Source: Marsupella aquatica (Eukaryota; Plantae; Marchantiophyta). Taken from it: a DNA stretch of 64,000 bases. A program made the translations under genes and the position numbers. Positions 35,701 through 49,205 of this stretch are shown one piece after another; the first letter of the stretch is position 1, and every line of letters starts with the position of its first letter. The stretch covers positions 6,596,234 to 6,660,233 of the forward strand of contig OZ316894.1 of the NCBI GenBank assembly GCA_973895155.1. The letters are read 5' to 3'. Below the pieces are notes generated by a model. The model did not search any database and was not told where the DNA came from. It saw only the letters and a list, made by a program, of their open reading frames with translations.

Positions 35701-38341
35701 ATGGCGTCCTGCATCGTCGCCCAACCTTCCGTGTTTCTTGGAGCAGCGACTGCCTCCTCGTCTGCAATAATTGCAGCACGGAGTAGAAGCAGGTGGAGCG
35801 ATGCCGGCTCCTCATCCTACTGCTTTACCTCGACTCGGGCTTTGACATCAGTATCACCAATGAATTCAGTAGAATGTGGGAAACAGGGGAAGCTCGGTTA
35901 CTTCAGGGGGACAATGACATCCCAGGAGTATGCGTTGCCTCCCTGGAGCTCGTTTGACGACAACAGAGGCAATTCTTCGCTCTTGCTGCGAGCGAAGAGG
36001 AAGTCCAGGGGAGGAGATGGAGTGCAACAGGGCGAGGAAGCAGAGGAAGAGCTTGACGAGGACTTGCAAGCGGGTTTGAATGAGGTAACTTTTCCTCAAT
36101 TTTTGGATTGTATTGAATTGGGTTGGCTTGTCCCAGAGATCCTGCAAATAAAATAATGAGAGTTGAGAGTAAAGGGTTAAATAAAACAATGAGAATTGAG
36201 TGAAAAGAGTGCTGTGAAAATGGAATTTGAGTAAAATGCCACAGATCACGAGAGGGATAGAGACACAACGTACAGGGCTGGACGGGAGGCAGGAATAACA
36301 AAAGTACACTCTAGAAACAACTGAAGTTGCGAGAGATTGACAAGCGAATGAAGAGGGCATCGCCTGTGAAAGTTATCTTACGGAAGATGTCAAGGAAGAT
36401 GCCTCTCGGAATATGAAGATTCTCACTGGCAATCAGGACGCTCACCATCTATCAATCTGAATCAAATTTTGACAGAGCTCATCCTCCTGTTGAGTATTGG
36501 GCCATAAAATCTTTCTATCCAATTCTCAAGGTTAGGCAATTTAATGGTTAAGCAAGGAGAGGGGAATCAACAATATTTTTCATTGTGCATGCTGCTATTG
36601 TGGCCAAAAGTCGCAGACCTCACTGTCTCGAAAGGGTAGGACTGAAAACTAGAGAGAGGGCCAGCAGTATTACAATTCGAAGACAGGCCGATCTTGTTGA
36701 CCTCCTGTACTTACCTTTAGTAATGTGAGTAAGGCCTATCCCGTCGTTTACAAACAGTAGAACACTATACAAAGTCACTGAACCGAAGTTAAGAGGCTAT
36801 AGGTGGCATGTGGATTGTTATTCATAATAAATGTCTTTCCTATGCCTTTGGAGTGTCATCCAATCGAGACCGGTTTCGCTACAGAAGGGAAGAAGAGCAA
36901 TACCAGAAAGAACATGATAGAAGTAGTATGGTTCTACCAAGGACGTGAGCTAATTGGAGTAGAGAAGACACGTGACTACCGGACCTCATGAGTACTTCGC
37001 TTTCATGTGTATAGTCTCGACGGACTAAGCTACGAACTTATCTCTTTCCAGTTGTTTAGGGAATTTTGGTTTTGTGGATCTCTCCATGCGGGATTTTGGT
37101 CAGGAAGGGGAGCTGAAATTCTTGTGTGTGCAGATCTCCACCGAGGCACTGAAGGCTATGCTTTCTGAAGACGACAGGGAGGTAGCTCACGTAAGAGAGA
37201 AGGTCGAGTACCTCGGGGAATATCTAGTTCAGGAAAATCAACTGGATGCTGCTAGGTTCATGCTTATCTTAAGGGGCATGCTAGATCATGAGGTACATTC
37301 GAAGTCAAATTGCTGAGATTTGTTGTGAGGGAAATTACTTGCGTTAGACGGGAAATAAATTTGGACCCTAAAACCTTTTAGCTTATATGTAAGAATTGGT
37401 ATGAGAATGGGTTTCGTATTGTCGCCAGCTTATCCTGACAAGGTCATTGGTTGCTGTTAAAGCTTGTCCACATTTCCTTCTTAATCCTACACAATATAAC
37501 GGCAGACTGAATCGACGAGCGTTGTGACCAAATTTTGAACCTTGTTGGTTCAATGGAGATCATAAGGTGGAGAAATAATCATTACCTGGTTACGCATTAC
37601 TCGTTTTGTACCTGTTGTATCAGTAGCTCGGACTGCGCTTAATATGCAGAGTGCGGCATGGTATTCCAGCCTAAGATGGACTGTGACCATGGGATGACCA
37701 AACACAGATGGGAGACTCAACCATATCTAAGCAAGGAGAGAGAATCTAATAGACTATTCATTTGGCGCATCTAGCAGCTTTGGCTGTTGACGCTTGGTTC
37801 CGATGTGGATGAACAGCGAGATGATCCACGAGGGTACGAGAAGGAGCTGATGTCGATAAAAAGAAATGAAACGAGTCTATCGGGCGAGTCGATGTTTTAA
37901 AGACTTATTTCCAGAGCTGATGAATACAGGTAGTACCTCAGAAGGATGACTTGAATGGTGCATACAAGAAAGCTTTCGATACAATTGCTTCTGTCATTGA
38001 AGATTCTGGTTGGGTGCTCAAGCAAGAAGGTGCAGACGTGGGAGGGGTGGAGATGGTATGTTCGACTGCTGCCTGATTTTGCTAATTGCCAACCCATGTA
38101 AACATAATAGTTGAAGATATCTCTCTTTGGGAAGCTGATTGCAGTAGTTAGTCTTAGAAATTCAGAAGTTTATAGGGATTTCTTCGGTTCTCGGTTTCTC
38201 CCAAATATGCTTGTCTATCCTTCATAGCGATGGCGGACTTATTCTTAGCACTTGAAGTAACCGCACTGATACTGAAAGCGGATGCTTCTGCTACAGGTTG
38301 ATGACGAATTAATGCCTCCAGTGCTCAACTCACAATATTAA
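35701..38341 (+). CDS. predicted plastid-targeted protein of unknown function, 237 aa, 4 exons
   Basis: Exons 35701-36084, 37134-37292, 37930-38055 and 38297-38341, all GT-AG and phase 0, join into one frame ending TAA. Ser/Arg-rich MAS- transit-like N-terminus ending LLLRAKRK. Mature part EELDEDLQAGLNE|ISTEALKAML..DAARFMLILRGMLDHE|VVPQKDDLNGAYKKAFDTIASVIEDSGW..EM|VDDELMPPVLNSQY. Confidence 0.85.
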
Positions 38342-40871
38342 GCTTCAAATCAGATCTTGGTTCTTCTGATCATTGCATTCAGCCCATCATTGTGCGGAAT
38401 TGGACGTTCACGTGGAGATTACATTATATCCCATTCAAACGCCGGGTTTGAATGTATTTGGATGTATTTTTCTCGTCAAAGGCGGGACTCCCTCTCATAG
38501 CATCCAATTAGGATGAGTCATGATATTGTGTATGATCTTCTTTTTGAATTGGAGATCGAAAGCGAGATCATCAGCAGGTTCTTGTGAAGGAATGTCGCGA
38601 GCTTGTCAATTGCGTTTATATCTCGTGCTCAGCGGCTCACGAAAGTGGCCCTGATAACTTGAAGAAATTTAGAGCCTTTACAAGTAAAGATTCTCAAAAG
38701 AGTTCTTTTCACACGGTGTGAGGTGGAAAGGCATGTGCTAGGGAATATGCCGTTCCCTCCCCAGTTGGCTACTGCACTGACTTCGTGAAATTCAAAATAG
38801 TTACAAACGATAGGCCTCAAAGTCTCTTCAATTGCAGACACGAAACATAATAAAATTTCAATTACGAAAGGGAACTCTTATGCTAAGCCATGTCTTACAT
38901 AGGAACTGGAGAAAGCTGGTGTTACCTCTACTTATAAACTTTTGCTTGCAGGAACGGCAGTAGTATATGGAGTCTGGAGATCCCTCATTTTTTCCGGCTG
39001 TGAAGTTGCTGTCCTTCATACTACTCATAACCGCTCTCCCCGTCCTAGCAAATGTCAACCTCTAAATATCTGGGAATAGGGGGCGCTTCAGTTTTGCCGG
39101 CCATCATAACGACATGCACTGTAGAAAGTTACATACAGCCACAATTTGATGTTCAATCACTAGGGGAAACAAAGACAATCACATTCTGATGTGCATTTAC
39201 CGTGACTCAATTTAGTCTAGGGGGGAACAAAGACAGTCAGTACAATAGGGACAGAGTATTCAGAATAGCTATTATTGTCAACCGTGGTAAGTGTCTACCA
39301 GGTCTGGGGCCCTGGAATTAAACTTAACCGATCAGATTCTGTGCATCGGCACAGCACTTCTAAATTTGTGCTTAGAGAATTTTAATTCGAAAATATCTGT
39401 CATCAGTTAAGTTGGTTGGCCGTCGTTCGTTTATCTGCAGAATGATGGCTCAATCCACCCAGGAGTCTACGATGAAGTACTTACTAATCGTTCCACTTAT
39501 TGATGACATCAACCTAACATACACAAAGCGCGCAATCTATTTCTTCCTGGTAAAAATGATTTTGAAGCTGTCAACAGTGTGGAAAATTTCATATGAGAAT
39601 TTGACGTAAAAACTTATTTCATGGCCTACAGCTTCTACCATTTTGTCATGGTACTGAGCAAGAATGGAATCAAAGAATGGAGTCAACGAACAGAGGGATG
39701 ATTATTAAGCAGGAATGTGACATGTAGATTCTCTAGGCTACAGAAGGAATGCAAGACCTGCTCCATATCTGACGTTGTTCGATCACAAGCACATATTTCC
39801 GTCCCTTTCTTTCCTAGTTTACCCAACAACACCAAGGGCAACAAAAGCTAACCCAGTTTACCGACCCCTGATGAAGGAGTGGAACATGAGAGAACTGTTT
39901 TGGCTTCCACAACAGTTAAGTTGTTACAGGAGACGAAACCAAACGAAAATCAAATTTTCGTCGACTAGGCAAGTGAGAAAAATCCAGGTCAACTTTGATC
40001 CATGGCTTTACCTGGATTCAGAAAAAGAATCACTGGCACTTTCTGCGGACAATCGTCGGGACGCATTAAAAATTGAAGAATCCCGTAGAGCGAAACCAAA
40101 GAGTCTAGGTTGCGAAGTCCTTGACCCATCCACTAATTCAACCAATGTCGCGCTTAGCGGTTGCTGTTTACTAGGAACATTTTAGAATTTGGGGTACACA
40201 AAATTGCGAAAGCAGATGATCTCGGGTATGCAGTCCATTATCCATTCAGAATTGAGCCAAAATTCTCATTCATTGCTGAGACAAGCAGAGCACGAATAAA
40301 TGAGATAACCATTGCATTGGTTGCACAGATTTCGACGGCCCAGAAGAATGATGGAATTAGATTACATATCTTACAGGCAGCACAGGCTGCAAAATTGACA
40401 CCAACTGAATATGACACCCAGAATTCCCGCCGAAGATGAAATGAAAAAGTTCTCGACGAGCGGTGCCTTAGCGATAAACCGGAAGGCCCGATGAATGAAA
40501 CCCCGGCTACCAAATCAAGAGTCTTCAGATATATCCTCTAAAGTTTTAAATAAAAACCGACCATTTTCTGTCACGTTGAATGATCCTTCTTGTGTGCTCA
40601 AAATTCTCAACCTGGGCATCATAGAATCCTGCACTCCTCATCCTTAGATCGAAACGAACTACACTGGCACCACTGAGCAAGTGTAGTGAGGCTTTGTCTT
40701 CTTCCGCATCCTCCAACCCAAGAAACAGTCCTATTCTTCGAGCCATTGGTTTTAGTGCTGAAGTGAACTCCCCGGAGAATCAGCAAGACATAAATATTTC
40801 CGCTAAAGTACATTGATATGAAGCTTCAAACACTTAAGAGGCGCTGGCTATCTGAGGAAAAACGTCTACCT

Positions 40872-43800
40872 TTAACCACGAGGTGTTGGCGGGAAGGGAA
40901 TGCTCACGAAAGGTTTCCTATTTTGGTTTTGAACCTGTAAAGCGACTTCTTTACATGCCCTGTCGAGAATGACCAAGAAGTCCTTCACCACTTGGAATAC
41001 TCTAAGAGGGCTGTCATCCTTTCTTGCATCACCGTAGAAGTAGATCCCCACACTCTTCACACTCTCCAGGACGGTAGTGAGTTCTTTATGCACCTTTGCC
41101 ACATCACTCTCTGCTTTCGTTACAAAAGACATTATAGAGTCGTTGAAGACGTCGTTAGAAAGCTCAATGTTGTCTGTCTCTTGACTGCCTCCGATAGACA
41201 CAGGACCCTCTTCCGCGCTCTTGAAGTACTTTCGGAGCCCAGCTCTGCATGTCTTGAGCCCATTGGAGAGCTTGGTCATAGAGTTTTCAAGTGCTTCGGT
41301 ATCCAGCCCTGCCGCCCTTTTGACATTTGCCAGGTCCGTGTTTAGGCCCATAACTACTTTCAAACCAAGGTCCTTAGACCCAGTGTCTGCCTTCCCAACG
41401 GGATCTCTCATGCCCATCTCTTGCTTTGCATACAGAGCTCCGAAAATCCCAGAACGTGGAGTCGTTTCTGGTGTGCTGGCGCCCGGAGGGCTATCTGGAG
41501 CACTGCTGCGAGGAGAATCGTCGGCTAGTCGAGCTGCACGCGTCCCTTCTGCCCTTATGATCTCCTGAATCACGAAGTGGAGTAGTGAAGTTTTGCCATC
41601 TGTCCCTTTAATATCAGCCAGTCTCAACAGTGTCTCAAGCTTAAAGGCTTGTGCTTCACCCCGGAATGTGCCCATGTTCAGGCGATTGCCCGTCTTCAGC
41701 ACAGCTTCCAACAACTTCACAAATGTTCTGCTTCCCTTCAATTCTTTGCACGCCATCTGCATCAATCACCACGCAAACTCTGTCAGATGTTCAACGAGTA
41801 GGTTCTCTGTTCCCAACACGACGTAAAATTTCTCAGTACAGCGCCACCCAGCTCCCGTTCTCTAAAATTAAGGAACCTGGATTTGTGGATCAATTGGAAA
41901 TGGACCGGTCTTAGAGAGATCCAGGCTACCCAGCATTACTTTAGACAATAGGCAGTGAAGACGATATGTAGAGTAAATTAACAACCTCCAAGACGGTTAT
42001 TGCTTCGTCCAATTGCAGAAGATCATCCTTGAATGAGGCGCGAAAGAGCATCGTATTGATTCGCTGGAATGCATTTGGAACTCCCAATAACGTTTGCAAA
42101 AACTTTTCAGCTGGTCCAAGCTCAGATCGGAGTCCTCTGAATTCGATAATCTTTCTCTCCTCATCATCAGAGAGGGACATTTTGGACAATTTCTCCAAAA
42201 CGTCTGCTGGAATAGTTTCGTCCCCTGCATTCATTACACAGTAAGCAATGAATGTTCTGCAGTTATTTCAACTTGCTTTTGCTACTTTTCAACCATAAAT
42301 ACTTCGTTGCATTTTTCCCTCGTGTTTACCCATCTGAATGCTCAGAATAGCACAAAGAAACTTTCTGCAACAGTTTCTGCTTCAATGAAATTTTGATTGC
42401 AAAATAGAACAATTACATTGATGCTTTCTCACACAACGGATGCTGCAGATGTGGACGGTGACTCTAAAAGTCACGTAAAGATAGTCTCACCTTCAAGTAA
42501 ACCCTCGATGACTTCTTCCGTAGAGAGTCCCAATCCACGCAGCTGAATAGAAATGTTGTGAGCCTTTCTCGGCTCTATCAAAGTTTTGGGCGCCTCCTTT
42601 TTGGGGGCACTGCCAGTAATCTTGGCCTTGGGCATAGCGGGTGGTGCAACTAGGAACAGCCTTTCCATCTGTTGAGTATCGAGTCTGATATGGTCCAACC
42701 ACCATGTCAGATATAATTTCCCATTCAATATGATATGCAAGATCAAATAACTGAAAAGAAATCATCAGCATTCTACATGTTGGGGAGAGAAAGAGATCAA
42801 TTTCAAACATCAATGAAGAAAATGCTCAGATCTGGCACTGACAATTGGAATTGAGAACTTACTCAAAAGACCCATTTAGTAAATTGTTCCATACGCTGTC
42901 ATGCTCACGAGCGGGCTTCACTTTGTCCCAGTGCAAAGGCTTCAATTTCTTACTGTCGACAGGCTCTTCTGCTTTGGCACCAAGGGATTCTTTTCTCCCC
43001 GAACCCATACGAAGAACTCTATCAGAAGAAGGTTTGAGTGGCAATCCACTACCGGGTGTCGGTAGACGGAGAGGAGAAAGACCAGTACCATGGGGAGGGG
43101 GAGGGGGAGGCGGCCTGGGACCTTTCCCAGGAGGTGGAGGAGGGGGAGGCGGACCACCTTTTCCTCCTGGAGGTGGAGGAGGTGGAGGAGGGCCTCCCAT
43201 TCTTGCACTTGGAGGTGGAGGAGGGGGAGGCGGAGCACCTTTCCCTCCTGGAGGTGGAGGAGGTGGAGGAGGGCCTCCCATTCTTGCACTTGGAGGTGGA
43301 GGGGGTGGCGGCGGAGCACCTTTCTTTCCACCAGGAGGTGGAGGGGGTGGCGGAGGAGGAACTTTGTTTGCACCAGGAGGTGGAAGGGGCGGAGGAGGCG
43401 GTGTCGCCGGATCACCTTTCTTTCCCCCAGGAGGAGGTGGAGGAGGTGGTGGTGGTGGAGGGGGTGGGGCAGACGAAGGTGGGGGTGTTGCAGATGGAGA
43501 AGGCGAAGCAGCTGCCAGAATCCCAGAAAGTTTCTTAGGGGGACGAGGTGAAAAACCTGCGGAGGGGGCAAGCGAAGCAGTGAAGAGATTCATCTGAGGA
43601 GGTGAAGAAGCTCCCATGTAATTGGAGGAAGTTTCCAATGAAGGTGATGAATCAATACTCACCCTCACATCAATGTTTACCCTTGTTTGTGCAGGTGTGT
43701 GGAACGAAATATTGGTCGGAGTTTCGTCATTTCTCTTTCGGGATGTAACAAAGGAATGGTCAAGAGCATCAACGTAATGATCAGGTGAGGAGGAACCTCG

Positions 43801-45003
43801 CAATTTCTTCAGACTCTCTTCTGGAGACAATTTCAAAAATCCTGCGGTACCGTATCCTCTCCTTGGAGAATCCCCCATGTCCAACTTCGACAGTGGAGGT
43901 TGGTTTTCGTATAACGGATTGTTCTTCTTGGACGATGGAATGGCATCCACTGAGAACACAGTGGCATCTGCTTTCTTCCCATCACCCCATCTGGGAAGCC
44001 ACATTGTGTTCAGCAAAGGTCTGTCATCCTTGTCCTTGACACAAACCCTTCCTGCCATCGTGCCATTCGCGCTGCCATCGTCCGATCCAGCGCTGTTCTG
44101 CATCTTCACTTTCATCCTTCTGTAGATTATGAAGCAAACAATGGCAATTGCAATAGTGATGCCTGCTGTTATAGGGACAGCAACCGCAACTGCGATAAGT
44201 GCAGTATTCGTTTTCGAAGGACTTGCAGGAGTTGGTGAAGCAGCAGAAGAAAGGACCTGTGCAAGAACTCGCCTGGGCTCCTCCCTTCGTGCAAGTCTAC
44301 CAAACTGTGAATCTTCATGTCCAAACGCTTCGTTGTTACCGACTGAAAGTAGAGAGGCATGACTCTTCTCAGGAGGGGTGACCTGCTCAGACGATCCAAC
44401 CCTCCCAAACTGTCCTTGATGCAAATATCTGGACCTCTGGTTGAGCTCACTGCTATTCCACTTCGACCTATTGCGTCTGGAAACATTCACCTCATCAGCT
44501 GGACTAGATTGATGAGCCCCGTTCTCCTTTCCGTCAACATACTCTATCACCTTTGGAAATTCTTTGAGGTCATCCAGTAAGTCCGTTAGAAAGCTGTGAG
44601 CTTTTCGGGTCCCATCCTTTGTCTCTGTAATTAAGTATCTGCCAATTCCTCTGGCAGCCTCGGAAACATCCTCTTGTCCACCTTCGAATCCTGTAGCCGT
44701 CTTGGTTGTTCCCTCATGCCAGCAGGTCTCTGACCGTTTGGCAACACAAGTAGCCTCATCTCCACCAGTAGTCTGTCCTCGGAGATGAAACTGGGAGGCC
44801 TTTTCCCACATGAATTCTTCTGTTACCCTTCCCAATCCCTCCGTCCAATCATCAAAGTTGCTAAAGTCCTCTGAAACAGCAACCACTGATGACGGTAGCT
44901 GCACAGATGACAAAAAAACCAAGAGGCAGGACAGCCATACGGAGAAGTCCCGGAGACTCGGTAAAGAGGCCAATTTCTTCCTCTTTGCGCATTTTCCTCC
45001 CAT
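40872..45003 (-). CDS. class I plant formin (signal peptide, TM helix, FH1, FH2), 1152 aa, 4 exons
   Basis: Exons 45003-42863, 42684-42491, 42224-41986 and 41756-40872 splice in frame at GT-AG. TM ALIAVAVAVPITAGITIAIAIVCFIIY, polyproline FH1, FH2 motifs KLKPLHWDKV, PRKAHNISIQL and LLEAVLKTGNRLNMGTFRGEAQAFKLETLLRLADIKGTDGKTSLLHFVIQEII. Confidence 0.95.
43093..43470 (-). repeat. FH1 polyproline repeats including a recent about 78-bp unit duplication
   Basis: APPPPPPPPSARMGGPPPPPPPPGGKG occurs twice with near-identical DNA. Confidence 0.9.
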
Positions 45004-47291
45004 GGCTGATCAGCACTGGTACATGTCTTGAACTCCTCGCATTCCCGGTCGTTCCCCGTTGCGCGCTGTCAATGTCGTGCCAATCCAAAACGAACACAAT
45101 CACAAACTAACTAAGAACTGTCCTCTAGATGCAAGCACGACACCCAAAGACCTGGTCTCGGATTGACCGATTCTCTCTAGAGCGAAAGAATGAAAGTAAT
45201 TAAGTGCTTGGGTAGATTGATTTCAATCTAAATGCTCAGGCCCTCGATAACCCAAACTCGTCGTATTCCACGAGAAACAGGAAAGTCACATTCCAATCCC
45301 AAAGCTCTGTTCATTCCTTGACGAGAAGAGTACAGACGATTGCTTCGCCCCGTTGCAAACGACCGAGCCCATCCACTGTCCGCTTGGCGCACAAGTTGTT
45401 GAACATAAAGCAAGCCCAGTAAAGTCCCGAACAACGGAAACGAACAGAGCAAGAGCCGCCCTGCTTCTAATGCGATTCCCTTTCACACACACACACACAA
45501 ACAAACGCTAGATGTAACTACAATCAATCTCTCGGAATCAACAGTACACCCGAAACCACCGTCGGTCAGTCACTGTGCCTCACTCACTCATCGAATCCTT
45601 CTGAGAGGCAAATTCTCGTGTGCATCACCGTTTCCTTACGTCCAGTTGCACTCGTTGCTGGCGGGTTGCAGCTTTTTTGCTGGCCCGCTGATTCTAACTG
45701 CCAGCGAACGCGAACACAGACGGAAGTTGGAGGCGCTACCGCGTAGGTTTGGGTGGAAGGAAGGGGGCGGGTGGCGGTGAGTAGAGGGGGTGGGCAGCGT
45801 AGCAGAGCAGAGCAGGGCAGAGCAGAGGGGACAGAAAGAGAAATTGAGATTTGAGAAATTGGAAATCGATGTCCGCGTGAAGCAATCCAACTGGCAGCAG
45901 CAGCAGGAATAGGGTCCGACTGATGGAACGAGGAGGCCAGAGCAACAGGCGATCCGGACATAGCAGGTAGGCAGGGCTACATGCGGTGCAGGCAGGCAGG
46001 CAGGCGGCCGGGCAGGCACTCATCAGAGAGCTGAGTTGAGGAGAACGCGGATAGAAGTAAAATGCACGGCACCCAACGAAGACGGGAAGCACCTCGAAGG
46101 AGAGGATGGTGTAGGCAGGAGTCGGTCGTCACAGCAAATCGACGAGAAGCGAAGCATAGCAAGAAAGCATCGTGCCAAGGCAAAGCGAAGCAAAGCCAAT
46201 CCGAGCCAATAATGAGAAGGCAAGGCACAGCGGCAGGAAGCAGTCGAAAGACGCGAGAGCCGGGTCAAACAGCAAGTTTATTTCCGTCCGCATTTAAAAA
46301 CAAATGCTTTCATGAAATAAATAAACTAAGAGAACACGTCAGGGAGCTCCGTTATCCTGACGTACGGAAAATATGTTCGTATTCGGGAATGTGAGTATGA
46401 ATAGGAATTGCTACCAATATTTCAATACTACCAATATTTCTTATCTCAGTTTTCTCAGATTAATTACTGACTGTCAGAGCGCACAATCCAAGGCTACAGT
46501 AGATGAGGCCATAGGAGGACAGAAACTCTAGCTTTAATCCAAAAGTGTATTTACTCTGAAAGTAGTGAATACTTTTTAGAGGGGTGGAAATCCCCTCTAT
46601 GGATTGCTTTGCCATTGGGACCTGTCTCCAGGTTTAGCATTTTTTTTTCATTTTTATTGTTATATATATTTTAGAGGGGTGAAATCAGAATTTCTGCCAC
46701 TATAAGACACGCTCGCCATGTACAGTTATGAATCCCTAAGTGCAATCTCATGGGAGTACTTTTTTTAATTGCAGATATAGGCATTCCACTCTTTCATAAG
46801 TGCATTTTGTTTTAAAAGTTGCGCTTACTGTAATTATGGGTAACTCACATTGTTGGACGAATTGCAATTGTAGAGGTTTTTGGTGATAGTAGAGTTACTC
46901 TGAATTTTGAGCGGACCTGGCACCAATTTTTCCCTCCTAAATTCTCTTGCAGTGGCCAGGCAAGAAGCGTCAACTGCTTGAGAGAAGTTGAAATGTAGAG
47001 TGTCACAGTGGTGGAGTGCGTAAATAAACACAAATGCTTGACAAGGGTGCTACAATAGACAGAAACCAAACAACAAATGATTACACTCCAATAACACTAT
47101 TTATACTTTTTCTGTGCTTTGTTGGTGTTTTGTGGTGTGGGTTTCGGTATCCAGAAAGTCTTACCTTTTTGTCTATGATGGTCTTTCTTTTGAATTGACT
47201 TAATCTGCCTCAAGTTAGTTGAACAAATTGAAGTGAGGATGTCAAGTCAAAAAACAATAAAATAAATTTAGAAAAGTCTAAGGTGCAACAC

Positions 47292-47431
47292 CCCTGCCAA
47301 TAATCACACATCAAAATGTGATAATATATTGTATGCATTCACTGATTTAAAAAAATTGATTATGTTTAATATTATGGTATGGAGCAATGTGGTACACTAT
47401 ATATGTCATATTTTGATGTGCAATTACCAGG
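47292..47431. mobile_element. about 140-bp MITE of the same family as 21503-21898
   Basis: taatcacacatcaaaatgtga and tcatattttgatgtgcaatta inverted ends around a single internal unit. Confidence 0.65.
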
Positions 47432-48379
47432 CCCATCCAACACAGTCCTGTACAGCAAAAAATATAGGATTACAACACATAAACAAATTGATGGGGCGGG
47501 GTAAGCTAATATAGGTTGGGTCCCCCAAAACAGGCTAAGTGAGGAGGAAGTCAGACAGGTTTTCTATATAGTAATGGTAAGTGTGCTGCCCCCAAGGGTT
47601 TCCAACATTGGTTTTAGTGGTGAAAACTTGCTAGATTCCACCTCTCTGAAAAGTGTTGGATTCCTTTGCAAAAATTAGCTAGTTCTTTTGCATTCCTTTA
47701 GCCAAATTTCCATCTAGCTCGGACTCCATCGATCGGCCAGAAGCTGATGGTGACGCTTAAAATCTAGGGAGATTTGACCTTCAGAATTTATGTGTAAAAA
47801 TTAGATAAAGAATATCCCTAGCATTTTTTCTTTCACAGAAGGTGACACTTACTCACCTAACTTAGCCAAAGAAGAAAAAACCTTACACATTAAGCTAATT
47901 TCTTCTGTGACATGTACCCACCTTAGCCAAAAAAGAAAAAACTTTACAAATTAAGCTGATTTCCAGTAGAGTTGCTCCGGACAATTATATTTGGTCTACT
48001 AGGTTGTCAATTCTGATGTGAGCCCGGGCCTATGGGTGCTACAAATGAAGCAAATCTTCAACACCACGAGAGAGAATCTTCTTTATACAAAAATCATGTA
48101 GCAAAATATGCATTAGTTATTAGAAAGTATATATAACCCAGGAAACCCCAGGAAGAGAAATTCTCACGAATCGTAGAGAGACAATCTCAAAGGACCCACT
48201 AAAGAGGAGGAAACATGGGAAAACCCAGGAGGAGAAATTATCATGAATAGTGGATGTCAAGGGTGCATGCATGGAAATCTCTTTGAATCTAAAACTAGAG
48301 TAACTTTTTATGCATATAGCTATGCATAGGAAGTATCATCACATGACAGCGGTTGATATAAGTGAATCTGGTTTCTGAA

Positions 48380-49205
48380 TAAAGGGGGTGACCTGGATTT
48401 TTCTGGTAATTTATTCATGAGTACATCCACTCCCTAGTTAGTTTGAGTAACCCTTGTTTATGTAAGCTTATTTTATTGAACTATTTAGAGCCATGAAGAG
48501 TTACACATTGGAACAGATAAATGAGAAGACAAAGATTAATGGAGTATTCTAAATGAAAGGAGTTTTAAAGGTAGTTAGGACTCTTTCATTGAAGACAATT
48601 AGGAGTACATTTATGATGATATAGAGGACACTCCTCGATGTAAAAGGTTTCCCTTAGTACTTCTATGTCTATACAATACATGTAACATTAGTGACATAAG
48701 TTTCATGCAAAATATTATTTTGTCCATAGTAGTTGAAAAGTTTTAGAGTCCCTTGGTATTCCTCTACCCATAGTAATTATAGTGTTTTTTACCTTTGCTT
48801 GTTACTCCTCTATTCATAGAAGCCTAAAGGTTTATTAAGTTACCCTGGTAAATGTTCAAGAAGTTCAAAAGTTTATTGGGTTTATTATGTTATCTTGGTA
48901 AATGTTAGAGTAGTTGAAGAGTTTCTTTTTACTTGTCATTATTTCAAAAATATATAAGTAAGATAGAAAATTGAAATAGTTTACCAAAAAACATTGATAT
49001 ATCAATCACAACTCATCTAAAGATTATTTTCTTTCACCCCTTTGTTTACTTGAAATATTATGTTTCAAATTTTCATTGTTTTACCGTTAGAGCGTCTAAC
49101 TGTTTTCTTTTTGTCTTACCTCAAACACAAATAGTCAAATTTGGTTATTTTTGCATAACCAACAGTTTTTTTCTGACAAAGCATGTTGATGTGGCTACAT
49201 GTGCA
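48380..49205 (-). mobile_element. old dispersed repeat, inverted relative of about 5550-6560
   Basis: See 5550-6560. Several 25-50-bp blocks match in reverse complement. Confidence 0.5.

Noticed and set aside
42845-43597. Gly-rich 250-aa plus-strand ORF and other overlapping ORFs
   Set aside because: Antisense and alternative-frame shadows of the formin polyproline region.
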